Assembly: GCA_001896725.1 (NCBI GenBank)
Contig: MPPA01000052.1
Span: 99,342-123,341 of the forward strand
Length of the DNA: 24,000 nucleotides
Source of the DNA: Methanococcoides sp. EBM-47
GTDB taxonomy: Archaea > Halobacteriota > Methanosarcinia > Methanosarcinales > Methanosarcinaceae
Direction: 5' to 3'
Part shown: piece after piece, positions 23,264-24,000 of the stretch
Layout of the letters: each line of letters begins with the position of its first letter
Numbering within the stretch: the stretch's first letter is position 1
The notes under the pieces: model-generated
The model's input: only the letters and a program-made list of their open reading frames with translations
Told to the model about the DNA's origin: nothing
Database searches by the model: none
Position numbers and translations under genes: made by a program

Positions 23264-23439
23264 CCATGATCTCCTTACGTCAGAACTTTAGCTGCATGAT
23301 ATTCCTGATAAGCAATAAACATATCCAGAATATACTTTTCTGGAAAGGTTTATCAGAGAATAGCATTCATTTGTATAGGGGACTTTATTTAAGTGTATTT
23401 TCCATAAAAGTCCTTTATGTGAAAACGGGGGCCATTAAA

Positions 23440-23883
23440 ATGACAAAACTTGCAATCGTTTATCTAAGTACTCAGGGAAGCACCCAGATAATGGCAGAGG
23501 CCATAGCTGAAGGTGCCAGGCAGAAACATATAGAAGTAAGGGTCGATAATTTCTATGAGTGGGACCCTAAAGATGCTGCTAGCTATGATGGCATAGCAGT
23601 CGGCTCTTCAACTTTCTATTATAAGATGCTTGAACCTATTGCAAAGTTCCTTGATGCACTGATAGCTGAAGGAGTTGATGGAAAAGTAGGTTCCGCTTTT
23701 GGCTCATATGGATGGAGCGGTGAAGCACCTGTGATGATCGCAGAAAAGATGAGAGAAGCTGGTATGAAAGTAGTAGATCCCGTCCTTAGGGTACAATATG
23801 TCCCGGAAGAAAAGGATATAAAAGAGTGCCAACGTCTTGGCAAGGATATTGCCACAAAATTAAAGAAACTCAGAACAGAGTGA
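23440..23883 (+). CDS. Flavodoxin
   Basis: 147 aa from the internal ATG. KLAIVYLSTQGSTQIMAEAI is an FMN phosphate-binding loop of type S/T-x-x-G-x-T. AVGSSTFY and GSAFGSYGWSGEA are flavodoxin-like. GGGGG lies 7 nt upstream. The longer ORF-track version (from 23224) would overlap the rpa start on the other strand. Confidence 0.85.
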   Translation: MTKLAIVYLSTQGSTQIMAEAIAEGARQKHIEVRVDNFYEWDPKDAASYDGIAVGSSTFYYKMLEPIAKFLDALIAEGVDGKVGSAFGSYGWSGEAPVMIAEKMREAGMKVVDPVLRVQYVPEEKDIKECQRLGKDIATKLKKLRTE

Positions 23884-23896
23884 TTTTAGATGCTAC

Positions 23897-23908
23897 TATT
23901 TCCTTTTT
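23897..23908 (+). terminator. T-rich tract after flavodoxin
   Basis: tatttccttttt begins 14 nt after the TGA stop. Confidence 0.3.
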
Positions 23909-24000
23909 AGAGCAATGATAGTGCGAGATACGAATTATTGTTATAATGACACATTACTATTAAGCATATTCGGCTAAATATAGTGTTGTTAAGCCCTTCA

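Noticed and set aside
23224-23439. 72-codon N-terminal extension of the flavodoxin ORF given by the ORF track
   Set aside because: The extension would overlap the rpa start and span the promoter region. Flavodoxin homology begins at the internal Met (MTKLAIVYLSTQGST), which has a G-rich ribosome-binding site.
1-24000. Looked for CRISPR arrays, IS elements or terminal inverted repeats, integrases, tRNA/rRNA genes, toxin-antitoxin pairs, defence-system hallmarks, and in-frame TAG (pyrrolysine) read-through candidates
   Set aside because: I saw no regularly spaced direct repeats, no transposase or integrase-like ORFs, and no tRNA-like GC-rich cloverleaf segments in the intergenic regions. All long ORFs end cleanly without a homologous continuation after a TAG. 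The window looks like core chromosome rather than a mobile or defence island.

Overview
Gene-dense chromosomal window (about 24 CDS, roughly 40% GC by eye) from a euryarchaeon. It is probably a Methanosarcinales-type methanogen. I infer this from a PGF-CTERM sorting signal, deoxyhypusine synthase, archaeal RPA with a CX2CX8CX2H zinc finger, COG3390-type RPA-associated proteins, and Shine-Dalgarno sites matching AGGTGAT. I found no rRNA, tRNA, CRISPR array, transposase, integrase or prophage signature. Left to right the window holds: (1) a minus-strand operon of a PGF-CTERM surface protein, a Peripla_BP_2 binding protein, a FecCD permease and an ABC ATPase (cut at base 1), with a 568-bp very AT-rich regulatory gap upstream; (2) an 876-aa all-TPR protein; (3) a PHP phosphoesterase; (4) a 106-aa six-cysteine orphan; (5) a minus-strand run of a 202-aa wHTH-like orphan, a TrmO/TsaA-like protein and a nitrilase-superfamily hydrolase; (6) deoxyhypusine synthase; (7) a wHTH, wHTH, MJ0936-type phosphodiesterase operon; (8) a 77-aa orphan; (9) rpa-rpap pair no. 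1; (10) an APC permease fused to two USP domains; (11) a DhnA-type class I aldolase; (12) a 195-aa Cys-rich orphan divergent from a second copy of the 106-aa six-Cys protein; (13) rpa-rpap pair no. 2, whose rpap carries an RPA32-like C-terminal winged helix; (14) flavodoxin. Four things seem most worth follow-up. First, the possible dockerin-like tethering of the ABC binding protein to the PGF-CTERM protein. Second, the duplicated uncharacterised six-Cys small-protein family. Third, the two divergent rpa-rpap modules with nearby phosphoesterases and orphans. Fourth, several exact repeats and palindromes in promoter regions. All functional calls rest on motif recognition by eye, since no database search was possible.
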